Shown here piece after piece: positions 47,657-61,300 of a stretch of 64,000 nucleotides of DNA. How positions within the stretch are numbered: the stretch's first letter is position 1; each line of letters begins with the position of its first letter. The translations under genes and the position numbers were made by a program. Below the pieces are notes generated by a model. The model was not told where the DNA came from, searched no databases, and saw nothing but the letters and a program-made list of their open reading frames with translations. The DNA comes from Marsupella aquatica. Its lineage: Eukaryota; Plantae; Marchantiophyta. Location: the NCBI GenBank assembly GCA_973895155.1, contig OZ316894.1:22938709-23002708 (forward strand), in the 5' to 3' direction.

Positions 47657-48560
47657 TCAAAGATACTTTGGCTGACTCTCAGAACGAGAGTCTCCTTTGA
47701 TCCCCTCAACAACTTCTTCCGTCATTTTCCTAAGTAGGTCCCTGTGGCCGTCAATCAGGGAAACGCTCCGTGTCTTGGTGAAGAGTAAAGCAAGGACATC
47801 AAGGTTTCCGTTTACTAGTGCCGCTGCCCGTGCGTCCAATTCGTGAGCGGGACCAGAGTACAAATACTTTGCACGTAACAGTTCATCAAAGTCGAGGACT
47901 AAGCGTGCTTGGATTTTGTCAGCTTTGCTATCCAGCAAGGCAAGATCATTGGTCAAGCTTAAAATTTTAATCCTAGTACATTTGTATGGTGCCACGCGAA
48001 TAGCATCATGTTCAGAATGAAAAGAATCAACACCGTTGTTTTTGATGTTACTGTCTGCCTTAAGTGTGAAACTCATATGGGGCTCCTGTGGATGCGTCTT
48101 CGTTGCCACTTGAAGCACTAATTTCTTTGTCTGTTGAAAACTTGACACTTTGCTTATCCTTTTTTGACCTACCACCGAGGTTGTCTTCTCCTCTGTAGAA
48201 CTTGACAACTTGCTCCACGATTTTGATGCAACCTCTGTTTACACCCAGATGAAGCACAGCTAACGCCCGCTCTTTCAAGAGGCTCGAATCATCTTTCAAG
48301 AGCCGCATGACGTTAATACAATTGCCAGCCAAGTCCTTGAGTTCCACATCAAGTTTGTCGTTCAGCAAGTTACCACCGGTGCGTTCTTTCGGATCTGTAT
48401 CTAGATGAAGCACAGCTTCCCGCCAGTCGTTCAAGAGGCTAGAATCCTCTTTCAAGGGCCGCATGATCTCGAGGAGACAATCGTCATCCCAGTCCTTGAG
48501 TTCAGTGTCCATTTCGTCCTTCAGCGCCTCGCGACCCGTGCGTTCTTGCAAATTTGCCAT
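47657..48560 (-). pseudogene. Unknown frameshifted ORF with two N-terminal ~50-aa tandem repeats
   Basis: ERTG..L.D..D.ELKD....C...MR.LK.DSSLL....AVLHL occurs twice; overlapping ORFs 48060-48560 and 47657-48208. Confidence 0.45.
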
Positions 48561-48814
48561 GGATTCTGTAGAAATGGAGTGGAAGAAAGTTTTATGTCGT
48601 GAGGAGAGGGCTCACTTAGGACCCCCTTGTACCGTTTGGCTCTCGCTACGCTCAAAGAGGACAGTAGCAGATGGATGTAAGGCAGGAAGGGAAACTTGCA
48701 GCTTAATATCAACACAACACATTCCTTGTGGCTCCTTCTGTTCTTTGGTTGCATCAGTTGATGGGTTATACCTCTGGAGACTCATTCAAGAAACATATTG
48801 TCTTACTGTACCGC

Positions 48815-50329
48815 TATCTGGGGGAAAAATATGGTTCTTGAGGAAGCACCGGGCCTATGGCTGCTAGTGTCAAGAGAGAACTTAAATTAAGATCATGATT
48901 ACTATTCTAGACTGGGTAGCAGACACCATAATGAATGGTTCTGTGGATGAAAGCACAACATCATAACCCTTTTCTCCATACCTACGGACTATTGCTTCCT
49001 TGGCAGCTACCTTGGGTCGAGTTACAAAACAAATATCTCCCAACAAAAAAGAAATGGGAGGTTTGTCGGAAGGAGATTTGTTGAGATCCATCTCAATACA
49101 AGATAAAAATTGTGCAAGCCCAATCCTGCCCGTAAACTACATAAGGGTATACAATTGACTCTATTAAATTTAACACCGCAGTTGTAAATGCTTCTTCAAA
49201 GTGAAAAGTCATATGCTGACGCATTATCTCTTTTTGGAGTACATAAATTCTAATAAGGAAAGGATTAGGGAGAGGATGAACAGGTACTGGTCTGGGCATT
49301 ATCATAATATCAAATATTCCACTCAACTAATATACATTCTAATGACAAGATATAGAATCATTCAACGAAAAGATTATTCATTTCAAACAAATATTATGCA
49401 TTGAGTTAACTCTAAGTATATACATGCAGATGTTTATCTTAATAAGTTTATCTTTTTTTGAATGAAAACACTATCTGAAGGTCCAACGCATACAAATTAC
49501 CACTGATTGAGCTAAGCTCCAAGCCAACGTGCATGCGTGGGTCTACTTCATAAGGGTTTCACCCAAAAGGAGCACATGATGTTAAGGTATTGTTGAGCAT
49601 TTTGCAATTCTTTAGGACTTAATAACCATCTCATATCAAATGATAACACTTTTTGAAGGTCCAACTCATACAAAATATCTTTGGCCGAGCCAAAGCTCTA
49701 AGCAAGCGTGTATGAGTGGGTCTACTTCATAAGGGTTATATTCATAGAGGGGGTCATCAAGTCCAATGGATTCTCAAGGCTTCACAACTTAGTTGATGAA
49801 AGATGGGGAGTGAGGGGAGAGAGCCCCTCTCCTCTTTATTTATAGTGCTCACACCTTAAGCACACGGATCAAGCATAGCACACGGATGGAAGCCATGTAT
49901 CACACATCCAAGGCAAGTAAGTGTGCTAGTACTGTGGTTACGTGAGTGGAGCAACTATAGATAGTACACTGTAGCATGCACACTGTAGATTATACACTGT
50001 AGCATGCACACTGTAGGTCGTACACTGTAGCATGCACATTGTAGATCGTACACTGTAGCATGCACACTATAGATCGTACACTGTAGCATGCACACTGTAG
50101 GTCTTGCACTGTAGCATGCACACTGTAGATCGTACACTATAGCATGTATACTGTAGACCATATACTATAGCATGCACTCTGTAGATCATACACTATAGCA
50201 TGCACACTGTAGATCGTGCACTGTAGCATGCACATTATAGACTACATATAATGCGAGAATTCAAACTACTATCCTATACTACTAAGCTATACTTAGGAGG
50301 AACTTACTAAACAAAGAATTCTCACGACA
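48815..50329 (-). mobile_element. J: 1,515-bp solo LTR, E1-like style
   Basis: 4-bp TSD CCGC (48811-48814 / 50330-50333). Ends TATCTGGGG...ACGACA versus E1 TGTCCTGGG...ACGACA. Shares the CCCTC..TTATTTATAGT block. Flanks rejoin colinearly with the paralog at ~50735-51170. Confidence 0.75.
49965..50242. repeat. 28-bp tandem repeat (TACACTGTAGCATGCACACTGTAGATCG, ~10 copies, 14-bp sub-period) inside J
   Basis: Read directly. Confidence 0.92.
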
Positions 50330-51180
50330 CCGCCGGACTAGGCGAACCCCAATTCTGAGGTCCTTTCACTGTAAACTATCTTGCAGTCGGATACAATCTT
50401 GTCTTCCTGCATGTTGTGAGTGGCTGCTTCTCTTAACCATTTGTTGCTCTTGTACTCTAGGAGATTGGCTACCGGCCATGTGCCTAAAGTCTTGTTTGTT
50501 TTGAAATGCGGTCCAATGAATGTTGTTATTTTCTACCACGTGCCAAAATTCTTGTCCGGTGAGAACATAATATTTCAACACAAATATTTCTACAACCGTG
50601 CAATTCCTCGCCGCGTTGTTGTGCAGAGTCTCTTTTTTTAATCTCGGAAGATGTCTCTACCCTTTGTACCATTCGGCTCTCGCGGCATAGGAGAGTAGCA
50701 GCTGCAAGTAAGTCCTAGACATGGCAGAGACGGGGAAATTGCAGCTTATCTGTTGTTTCGATGTGGAATTCAACACAACACATTCCTCGTGGCTCCTTTG
50801 GTCCTTCCCTACATTGATTGATTTGTTCCCTCTTGAGACTGGTTAGAGAAATAGGCTGTCTAATTGTCCCGCAGGCCTTGGCGAGCCCCAATTCTAAGGT
50901 CCATTTTTTGTACAATAGTCTGCAGTCCTATACAATCTTGCAGTCCTGCATATTGCTCTTGTAGTCTTGTACTATGGCAGATTGGATACCGGTCATCAGG
51001 TGCGTAAATTCCTGTTCATTCAAAATGCAGTCCATTGAATGTTGGTGTTGGTTATTGTCTATCACGTGCCGAAATTCCTGTCCACTCAAAACGTAATATA
51101 TTACAACACAAACATTTCTTGAACCGCGCAAATGCTCTCCGCATTGTTGTGCAGTGTCTCCTTTCTTACTCGCGGAAGAC
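50330..51180. repeat. Diverged ~540-bp tandem duplication (first copy split by J), possibly decayed minus-strand coding sequence
   Basis: GGCGA.CCCCAATTCT.AGGTCC at ~50341 and ~50880; CAACACAACACATTCCT at ~48710 and ~50771; YYVLTGQEFWHVV versus YYVLSGQEFRHVI. Confidence 0.65.
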
Positions 51181-53769
51181 ATGTTAAGACCCTCCAAGAT
51201 GTCGGGTGAGTTGTACACTGCTCGCACCACTCCCGGTGCTGCCTGCCCGCTGCACAGCCCCAACTACGATTAATGTTTTGCCACCAGCCCCATGTCCATC
51301 GACGGAAACTTTTTGTCGATTTCAAAATGGGCAGGGAGCGATGCGGTACAACCCCGCGCCACACACACCCTGCATCCACACTTTGTGCCAAAACTGAACT
51401 CCGACAGAAACACTATATGCACACACCATGCTGCAGGTTGCAGGGAGCTTGTGAGACGACCAAGACAGTGAGAAGTCTGACTTTCCATTTTTTCATACCA
51501 ATCTAAAATACTTCTCGGTCTCATAGAATGCGGTCAACAATTAGAGCCTCGATATCCACCTACGCTCTTTGGGGCTTCTAAAAATGGTATGTATGTTTTC
51601 TTTGTTGTTAGTCATTGTTTTGTATTTTTGGACTGAGACAATCTCAGTCCAAAGTTCAAATTTGGTTTTCTTTCTAAGAGTTGTATTTGTTGCACTTGCA
51701 GAATTGAGACCTTGTCCCATCAAGCGGAAGTTGCTGATTTTGGATCTTAACAAAATACTTTGGGATTCACTTGAATTCCAAAGCAAGGGCAAATCCAAAA
51801 ACATTGTGACCCCAAATGGAGTGCATTGGAATAGATCAAATGGAACTACTCGCATGTATATAGAGAGGCTAGGGCTCCATGAGTTTTTAAAGTTGGTTTT
51901 TGACCAGTTTGACATTGCAATTTGGACATGTGCTGGGATGCCGCGGACAGGGAAAATGTTGAACATGATGTTCACTGTTGAGGAGCGGTTGAAACTGAAG
52001 TTTGTATTCACACAAGTGGAAGCCTTTGACACAGGCATTCAAAGGCGTGACATTACAAATGGAAAGGCAAATGTGCTATTGAAGGATTTTTGGGTGGTAT
52101 GGAGTGCATTTGGAAATCTATATGATGAAACCAACACACTCCTTGTGGATGACTCCCCTCTGAAGGCATTTGCCAACCCAGACATGACCGGACTATTTCC
52201 AGTACCCTACACGCATGCCAATCGCGGAGACAATTTTCTTCTAACAATTCTTTGGCCATGTCTTGAGAAACTGTCACATGCAAGTGACATTCGTTGTTAT
52301 CTTCTCCTAAACTCTCCAAAGTGGTCTCTATTGCACATTAAGAGAGACAAGGCAAAAAATGAGATTACTTATGATCAACTTAGTAAGAGATGTGCAACAA
52401 AAATTTGGAAGTCACAGTATAGGCATAGTGTGCTTGTGATGCCTAGCCAGGAATCACTAAGCCCGGTTTACATGGTAAGCAGGAGTGTACCCTGGAAACA
52501 CCTTAGTATAGGACCAAAAACAAGGAAAATATAAACAAATTAAGGATGACTATGGAACCCGGGCCGAGGCCGGAAGTAAGGACACCGGGGGAGAGAACAC
52601 GATTAGGGTTAGGGTGCGCTAAGCGTCGGCGGCTAGGGGTGACCAACGGGAGGGGAGACCAGAGGAGGAGAGGGGTAAGGACCGCTCGCGAGGAATAGTG
52701 GCTCATTTGCAAGAACGAACTGGGCAGACAACTACGGGAGGCCAAATGCTGTCACCTATTTAGACAAGCACTTGGGGTGGGAACAGATACCAATGATCGA
52801 CTCAAGGAGGGTATGAGCAACATCAATCAAGCAGCACATTTTTGGGGATGCCTGTTCAAACGGGCAGGTGAGTACGTCAGGACTTACGAGAACGAAGAAT
52901 CAGAGAGAGCAGCTCGAGAACGGCAGGAGCTCGCTCGGCTCTGGGAACTCCAGAAGATGGCTTTCTTAGGAGAAGAACTTATCAAGGTGGAGTTCTTGTG
53001 GACTCCTACTGCCAATCAGCTTGACAACCTTCTATTTTGCGAAAACAGAATTGTCGGCATCCGGGAAGCCATCAATCGCTGCAACGACCTACACTAGGAG
53101 TTGAAGAGTAACACGGAGGGGTAGACAAAGGCAATCTTGCTAGGAGAAACATCCATGGCAGCCAAGATGAAGAGGAAAGGAAACAACAACAAAGAGGCCA
53201 CCCCGGCAAAAAGAATGAGGTCAGCGGCACCTAGGAAGCCAGCAGAGCAGCCGAGCAGGACAAGGGGAGAAGCCAATGAGGAAGAGGTTGATCCCATCAA
53301 TGCCATTCCAACAAACGATGACACCTAGAAAGGCTGGGCGGCGACCCTACCGGAGGAAGTGCAATTACACTTTGCACGGGAGGAGGATGCATGCTTTACA
53401 GCCATGCAGACCAAGAAGTACCAAGGCTTCATGGCCGGATCCGGCTTGGAAGCCTTCGTAAGATTACCATGGCTGAAGCCGGAGGTGCCGGACTCAGACT
53501 TGTTAGAATTCGTGGGATCATGGGAACCCGAGACCAATTCCACAAGGGTGTATGGGAAGGATTTCTATCTCACTCCCCAGGTGATTGCTGAAGTGTTTGG
53601 CTTGCCGATGGGTAATAAGACCAAGGTTGATACCAGGAAGACCTTACCTGACAAGGAGTTTTGGTCGTTCCCAGGACCATCAACAAAGAATGGCTTCTTC
53701 CGGAACACCTGCACCAACCTGCACATCGGAGAGATGATTGATTTCTTGCGAGTGACCATGCACTGTAAC

Positions 53770-56700
53770 TGTGATGCCATGTCAGGATCACAAAGTACTT
53801 AGTTAAGCCTAAAATAATGGCTAAATAAAGATTAGGTAGATATAATTAGGGAGTTATAAAGATCGAAGCCGATTTCAATATGTTCGGGGGAAATTGTGAT
53901 GGGATCTGATCCAACGGTCGTGATTAAGTGGGATTAGGGTTATGACCTAATCAGGGCTTGATCACGCAAGCCATCAGGAGGCGGCTTTGTAGGGAGGGGA
54001 CCGACACTCTGTACACTAGTGCAATTGCTTGTTCGATCAACCTAGAGAGGTGGAATCAGCTGCCGATCGAACGGGGGAGGTGGTTTGAGAAATTGCGCAG
54101 GTTCTTGGCATTCAGTGGAATGAACACGGTGAATCAGGCAGGGAAGTTTTGGGGCTGTTTGCTTGAAGAAGCAAGGCAGCTGATACCTACGTATGAAGAC
54201 GTTGAGCCAGAGCGCACAGCCAGAGAATGAGCAGAGCTTGCACGATTGTGGGGAATTCACAAATTGGCATTTGTAGATATGGAGGAGGTATTGGAAAAGT
54301 TCTCGTGGACACCCACCAGTGCGGAGCTTGACGAATTGCTAATTCGGGAGAATAAGGTCGTGGGGATCAGGGAGGCAATCAAGAACGTCGGGCAACCACT
54401 TTGGGAATTGAAGGGTCACATTGCAAAGTGGACGAAGGCAGCTATTCTTGGGGAGTATTCAGGCGCTGAAGAGATGAAGCGCAAGGGAGGTTCGACATCT
54501 GCAACTCCAGCAAAGCAAACTAGGTCAGAGAGACCAACAAAGATGGAATCCGGGCCAATTAGAGATCGGGCTGTAGAAGATAAAAACATGACAGGGTGGG
54601 CGAACAGGTTACCTGCCGATTTACAATTACAGTTCGCAAGAGATGAGGATGAGGTCTTCAGTGCCGTTCAGGATAACAAATATGCAGGATATATGAATGA
54701 CACTGGGTTGGAGGGCTTTGTCAGGTTGCCCTGGAGAATGGTAGACATACCGGATGAGGATCTGTTGGACTTCGTGGGATGCTGAGAGGCTTCTTCCAAC
54801 ACAACGCTGCTGTATGGAAAGGTATTTGAATTAACTCCTGCGCTCATCGAAGCCGTGTTCACTTTACCAACAGGAAGGAAAACAAAGGTGGAGCAGAAGA
54901 AGACGTTGCCAGACGACCAGTTCAGGTCATTTCCAGGGCCTTCCACTAAGAATGGGTTTTTCAGGAATCAATGTACCAACCCACATATAGGGCAGCTGAT
55001 TGATTTCCTGAGAGTCACATTGCATTGTACCTTGCCGAGAGCAGAAATCGGCAAAGCCCAGGTATTTTTGGTAGAGAATATCAATGCAAGCCGAGACTAC
55101 AACGGCTATCTCTTAATGCAGTTAAAGAAGGAATTAAACAAAGAGAAGTAGAGCATTGGGGAGGGAGCGGTATCCAGACTAGGGTACCATCTGCAATTGC
55201 TTTGCTGTTATGCAAGAAGCCAGTCTTTTGCACCAGTGTTGCCTATACAGGAGCGGATGCAGATCACTGCATCACTTGAGGAAGTGGAGGAGGACGAGGA
55301 GCCTCTAAACATACGACGCCACGGGAGGAGGTTGACAACACAGGCAACACGAGAACGGGAGCATTCCCCTATCAAGGAGCCAGAGGTAGTAACATATGAT
55401 GTAGTGAGAAATCCGTTACGTCGGCCTACTCGCAATAATCCATATGTAGGCATCCAGTTGGTCGAGAGGAAGATGACTACCGAAGAGAGAAAGAAATATG
55501 ATGAGCAAATGGATTCGGAGACAGACGAGGAGGTAAGCTGAGGCCAGGAGAGGCCGGTAGTAAAAGCTTCTAACAGAGTCCAAGTGAACGGATCCGTGCT
55601 GGAAGGTCAACCAGCTGCAGCCCAACAATTTTCAGAGGAGGAGATTGGGGGCTTTGGAGGAGAGGCCGACATGTTAGGTAGTCAGGTCAATGTGGATGAT
55701 TACGATGACGACTATGTCGATCATGGGGAGAGGCCGGTCCCAGGAGTTAGAACGATGGGAAGGTTTTGTAGAAGACTTCCCGCAGTCTTCTATGGCAAAC
55801 CGGAGGACCAGAAAATACCAGAATCTCCTCCACCAGATGTGACGCCATTGGAATTCGACAAAATGAAGGAAGCTGAAGCCGAGCTACATGAGAAGATTAA
55901 GGAGTGGGGGGCCCGGAATGCAGAACACGAATGCCAGCTACCAGGAGGTGAGTGGCCAGAAGGAATAAGACGGCTTAGTGAGAGGCAAGCCGAACCTCTC
56001 ACTAACTTTGACCAATTACGGGCTGAAGCTTGGGAGAGACGACCTCGATGGCAGATGCCAGTATCACCTAGGAGGTCAAACTATGCAAGAAATCGGGCTA
56101 AGGAGCATGTGTGGACTCTTAGCCTTAGAAATCTTCGGCAACGAGTTAGAATCCGGGTCATTTCTTAGAAAAGAAATGGCTGATCAAACGAGACTGGAGG
56201 AGGCAATAACATTGGAGCGATTGAAGAAGGAGGAAGTAATCACTTGGCTTCGCTCCATGGAGGCCGAAGTTGCTAAGACAAAGTCTGCTCAACCAACTCA
56301 GCAGGATCTCTTGGCTAGGCAGCAGGAATTGGAGGTGGCAAACAACCAATTGGAAAACTACCAATTGGATAACCAACAGATCAAGGAAAAGTTGACGAAG
56401 ATAGAGCTGGAGTTAGCCGATTCAAAAGTAGAGGTATAGGGTTTAAATCGCCAAGTTGAGAGGCTCAAAAAGACGGCTAAGGAGTAGGCCACCCAGAGCG
56501 AAAAGGCCTTGGTAGAAGCCCAAAGGAAGTATGATAAGTTACTCGACCGGTTGGAGACCATGCGTGAGAAGCATGATGACGCCATGTGCACGGCGGCCAA
56601 TGATCACCTAAACCGGGTTCAACAGATATGCAAGGAGCTTTAGGAGGAGCTAACCAGGACAAAGCAGGCATGGACGAACGAGGTCACAAAACTAGAAGGT

Positions 56701-58392
56701 ATCAACGACTCCTTGAAAGCAACCGTAGATAAGCAAGAGTTGGAGATCGTGCAGATCTTAAATGAGGAGTTGAAGACGGCCAGGGCCGAGATACTACGGC
56801 TTAACGATGAAGTTGAAGACGTATCTCAAGAATTGGAGGATGCCAAGGATAAGATGATCGGGCTGCAGAGGCGTGCCGACAATCAAACGCAGAAATTGAA
56901 GAAGTATGCCAAAGCGGGATATGGGTCACCAACTGAAAAGCTTCCCGACAGTAGTATGGTAGGCGGAAATATAGTGAAGCCGAAGCTGAAGCCAAGCTCT
57001 CTGTTGTCAAGTGTGACTGGGGGCAAAGCCATGCAGTTGGTGGCAGACTTGGCAAAGACCTTCATGGGGCCAGGCGATAATAAAGTTAAAACCCTTAAAG
57101 CCACTCCGGAGGAAGTCAAGAGCATGGTTGCTCACATTTGTGGTATTGTGGCCTTGAAGGCAGCGGTGGTAGAGGTAAGTATTGCGGATCAACTTGGAGC
57201 TGTGGTAACAGGTTTAGACGATGGTACTGCTTCTATGGACACACAGAACGTGAAACCATGGGTTATCGAGACCGAGCGCATCAGGGAAAAGGCTTGGATT
57301 GAGGAAGTTAAGGCAAAGGCTCTCCAAGCCGTTTCCCAGGAGGATGCGGATGCGGATGCAAATGCAGATGCAGATGCCGATGCCGAGACTGATGTCGGGG
57401 CCGGAAAAACAGAAGCCGAGGGGGTCGGGCTGGGGCCGATGGCAAGAGAAGGTGTAGAGTCGGAAGATTCGGACTTACCCCCAGTCATCTGACAATTAAG
57501 GAGGGCCAGTAATCGGTTGGAAGGAGGACGTGGCGGCAGGAGAAGGGCTTGGGCCAGAAGGGCGCGGCCGTTGTAGGATGGGACAAGGCAAGTAGCGCCC
57601 TGTCGGCTTAGATTGTAAGTAGATGCTCGGTTCACACAGGGTTCCAGGCTATTCAAGTTTTTAGGTGATAGTTTTTTTTGGATTATCGCGGTGGAAGGCC
57701 GTGTTTGGTGGTTAGGATCTCTGTTGTTGAAGCGCTGCAAGGATAAAAACCTGGGCAGCGTGGTTCCGGGGGCTTTTTCTTAGTCAAGGCTTTAGTGTTA
57801 ATCTGTAGTGTTGTAAACATAGGAAGCTCTCGGCTAAATCTAGACCGCAGGGTATCAGTAAACCACCAGTTCCCTTGGATTTCTGAGCAATTGTTTGAAT
57901 TGAGTTGGCCTCGTTGCATAGTTCGCAGATTCTTGCCATCCAAGAAGTTGAGTGTTATGATATCTGTTGCTTGATCGATTTGAGTAAGATAGGGTGAACT
58001 ATTGAGCAAAATACAATCGCATGGCCTTGATTGGAGACTGCCCAAATCAAACTCTGAGAGAAAAGTGAGGATTGAGAGTGTCAGTCGGTGAAGTGTGGGT
58101 TGAGTCAGTCTGAAAAATACCTTTAGCCGGCTTAAGAAATTAAGCCGTAAAGGTACATTCCGGGGGCGGAATACAAATATACCTGAAGAAGTTAAAGAGG
58201 AATTAGGGGTCTCAGTTGTGCACAATTCACAAGCCCAGTGAAAGAATCGGTCCGATAAGTGTGGACCCAAGGAGAGAATCGCGTTTCCAAGCTGAATAGC
58301 TACTGCAAAGGAGAGAGGACCGACATAACCAAGTGGTTTATGATCGGTTGAAGGTAGTTCTTGGTGTTAGAGGTCTTGGGAATCGCGCCACA
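53770..58392 (+). mobile_element. C: 4,623-bp diverged relative of A/B nested inside B
   Basis: TGTGATGCC...GCGCCACA ends and 5-bp TSD GTAAC (53765-53769 / 58393-58397). Confidence 0.9.
53958..57492 (+). pseudogene. C-encoded homolog (~1,175 codons, multiple stops, frameshift ~56105)
   Basis: GLEGFVRLPW, FPGPSTKNGFFRNQCTN, PESPPPDV, LPGGEWPE, LQRRADNQT and C-terminal PPVI are all shared with A/B. Confidence 0.85.
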
Positions 58393-61300
58393 GTAACTTG
58401 CCAAGGGCAAAGATCGGCAAGGCTCAGGTCTACCTGGCAGAAAGGCCAGACCCAAGCCGGGATTACAACGGGTACCTCCTCAACCAATTGAAGAAGATCT
58501 TGAAGGAGGAACAACAGGTGATCGGCGTGGGAAGCGTGTCCCGGCTTGGCTATCACATGCCGCTGTTGTGCCGGTATGCCAGAAGTCAAATCTTTGCCCC
58601 AGTGCTTCCCCTATCGGCAAGGGCACCAGAGGAGGTCCCAGAGCAGAGGCCGGCACCAGAGAAGCCCAACCAGCCCGACAGTCCGACGATCGAGCAGGTG
58701 TTTAGGCCAAGGAAAGAAGACTTGCCGATGCAGCAACCAGGCATGAAAAATCTGCTGAAATTGCTGGAGGAGGAAAGGAGAACGGTTCCGGCTCCGGCAA
58801 CGGCAACGGCACCGATACAGGACGCTGCCCCAGAAGTTGACCTAAGCCGACTCAGAAGGGAAGACCCCTTTACCGGAACCAAGGAGAGATTGAGGCCGGA
58901 ACACAAGCTGGGAGTGCAAATGTACGTGGGAGCCTCAAGCCCCGAATCTGAGGCAGAGGAGCCAGGCGTCCAAGAAGTGGAGGAGGCGGTGGAGGACTAC
59001 AGCAATGATAACTCCGGCTATGGGTCGGATCATCATGTTCCAGGAATAAGGACCTATGGCCGATTTATCCCCACACTTCCAAGAGTAGTTCGAGGGGACC
59101 CCACCCAGCAGAGTAACCCCGAGTCTCCCCCACCAGAGGTTGCTCCCCCAAGCTTTGACGGCATAAAGCAGACGGCACAAGAATTTCAGGAGCGACTTAG
59201 GGAGGAAGAGAGAGCAGCCCTGGCTAGGGAGAAGGATTTACCAGGAGGAGATTGGCCGGAGGACATCAAGCGGCTTGCCAAGAAAAGAAGCAACCCTCTT
59301 GCCACCGTAGAAGAAATCCGCAAGACGGCTTGGGAGCAGAGGCCGCGGTGGTTGATGCCGATGACTTCTAGTTACTCCACCTATGCTAAGGATAGAGCCA
59401 TGGAGTACGGGGAGATGTGTGGGGACCTGGCGCTCAGCATCTTTGGGGAGGAGTTGGAGCAGGGACCCTTTTTCCAGAGGGAGATGTTGGAAAAGCACCA
59501 ATTAGAAGAAGCGGTGGCTTTGGAGAGAAGCAAGAAGGATGAGGTCATCCGACGGCTTAGGGAGAAGGAAGCTGAGGTGGAAGACCTGCAGGCGGCCAAG
59601 AAATCCCAAGATGAGTTGCGGATTAAGCGGCATGAGCTAAACATCATGCAGGGGCAGTTGGATACCGCTCAGTCTGACAATCAGATTATCAAAGATAAAC
59701 TGACTCGGACCCAAGGAGAGTTGGCCGGCACAGTCAAGGAGAGAGAGAAATGGAAGCGGGAGCTAAGGGATGCAGAGGAAGCCCACTTAGCAACCAACAA
59801 TCGGGCCATGGCGGAAAACCAGAGAAGGGAGAGGGCATTGAAAGGAGAGCTCGAAGATATCCGTGGAGCCCTTGAGCAGAAGGAAGCAGAGTTAGGGAAA
59901 TCCTATCAAGGGATTATTGCGCTACAGCAGGAGCTTGCGTCCCTGACGGCCAGCTTCAAGGCCGACCTGCGTGAAAAGGACGACCAGCTCGACCAGACTT
60001 ATGCCAAGATGAATAAGATGGAGTCTGTGGTCGTCGCAGAGCTCGATAGGGAGCTAAGAACAACCCAGGAAGAGAGGGCTACCTTGAAAAAAGAATTGGA
60101 GGAAGCCAATAAGGAACTGGAGGAGGCGTGCAAGGACCTGGACGAGACCCAGGAGGAGTTGGAGGAAATCACGAGGAAGATGGAGAACCTACAGCGGCGG
60201 GCCGACAACCAAACGGAGCGGCTGAAGACACAAGCCGCAGTATTTAAATTGTTGGCTTCATCAGGTCCAACTCCAATTGGTGGAACCCAGTTACCAAGGG
60301 TAGTATTGGCCGAAGGACAAGCCGTAACACTCACCCCGGGGTTGGAGGTAAGTGGCAAGGGGAAGGAACCGGCTGTCGAAATAGGGAAGAAGAAGAAGCG
60401 GAAACCCTCTAGGTCTGGGAGTTATACGGCTTCTCAAGCCATTGTGACCGAGAAGATAAACCCGGCACCAACCTCCGGCATCGGCACGGTAGTGGATCCA
60501 CCAGTCCTAGGAAGTGGAGATGGCAAGCCCGAAGCCGGGAGAACCAGTAATGCTGCCGAGGTACCAGATCCTCCACTAGAACATGTCGAGGAGGCCGTAG
60601 CTGTAGCAAAGGCCGTGACCGATTTTGAGGCTGAAGCCGAGGGTGGACCCAGTCAGGCCGATGAAGAGTTGACTCGGTCAGGGGCAGGTAATTTGTCAGA
60701 GGACGGACCAACGGCAGTGGCTACAGAGGAAGCGTTGGGGGCGTCCATTGAGGACCAGCCACCGGTGTCGTGACGGTGTAAGGGCGCCGTCCCTTTTAGG
60801 GAGGGCGGACGTGGAGGTAGGAGGCATGAGTGGGCAGGGCGGGCACTGATCTCCAAGTTTAGACTTAGGATCAGGATCAAGAGACGGCCCTGACACTTAG
60901 ATTAGTGGGATTTTGGATCCACGGGTGTGGACGACACTTGTACTCCTGCCTCGTTGTAGTTAGGTAGATTACAGTAGGTAGATTAGGCTTACGGTGCAAG
61001 GAATTAGGCGGATCCACAACCAGGATAAGTACCTGGGCTGCGGGGAGTTCAGGGCCTCTTCCTTAGCAAGTTTCTAGTTGCACCAGCAGGGCTGGGATCA
61101 AGTAGTAAGAGAAGCTCTCGGTTAGTTATACAGTGACCCTTGTATATATTCATGTTTCCTCATACTTAAGAACTGAATAGAGTTGGCCTCACGGCTTAGT
61201 TCGTAGAGCTTGTGTATGAGATGTACTGGTTGTATGGCAAGTGCATGGTATAACTCAGTCAGAAGGAGTCATTTTGCTATTTGTGTGTCGCATTAACTTG

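Larger units (their letters stand above)
52777..60773 (+). pseudogene. B-encoded ~1,120-codon protein (N-terminal globular domain, acidic/Pro-rich region, long coiled coil, KKKKRK), split by C
   Basis: Segments 52777-53769 and 58398-60773 are in frame after removing C (LRVTMHCN|LPRAKIGK). Three in-frame TAGs in the 5' part. Confidence 0.85.

Noticed and set aside
49955-50161. Cys-rich repetitive ORF
   Set aside because: Translation of the 28-bp tandem repeat in solo LTR J.
57593-57607. TAGCGCCC in element C as a MULE palindrome
   Set aside because: Half-site only; the right arm does not match.
58398-60773. Host SMC/myosin-like gene or env glycoprotein
   Set aside because: Lies within a TSD-bounded multicopy element; no ATPase motifs, signal peptide or transmembrane segment seen.
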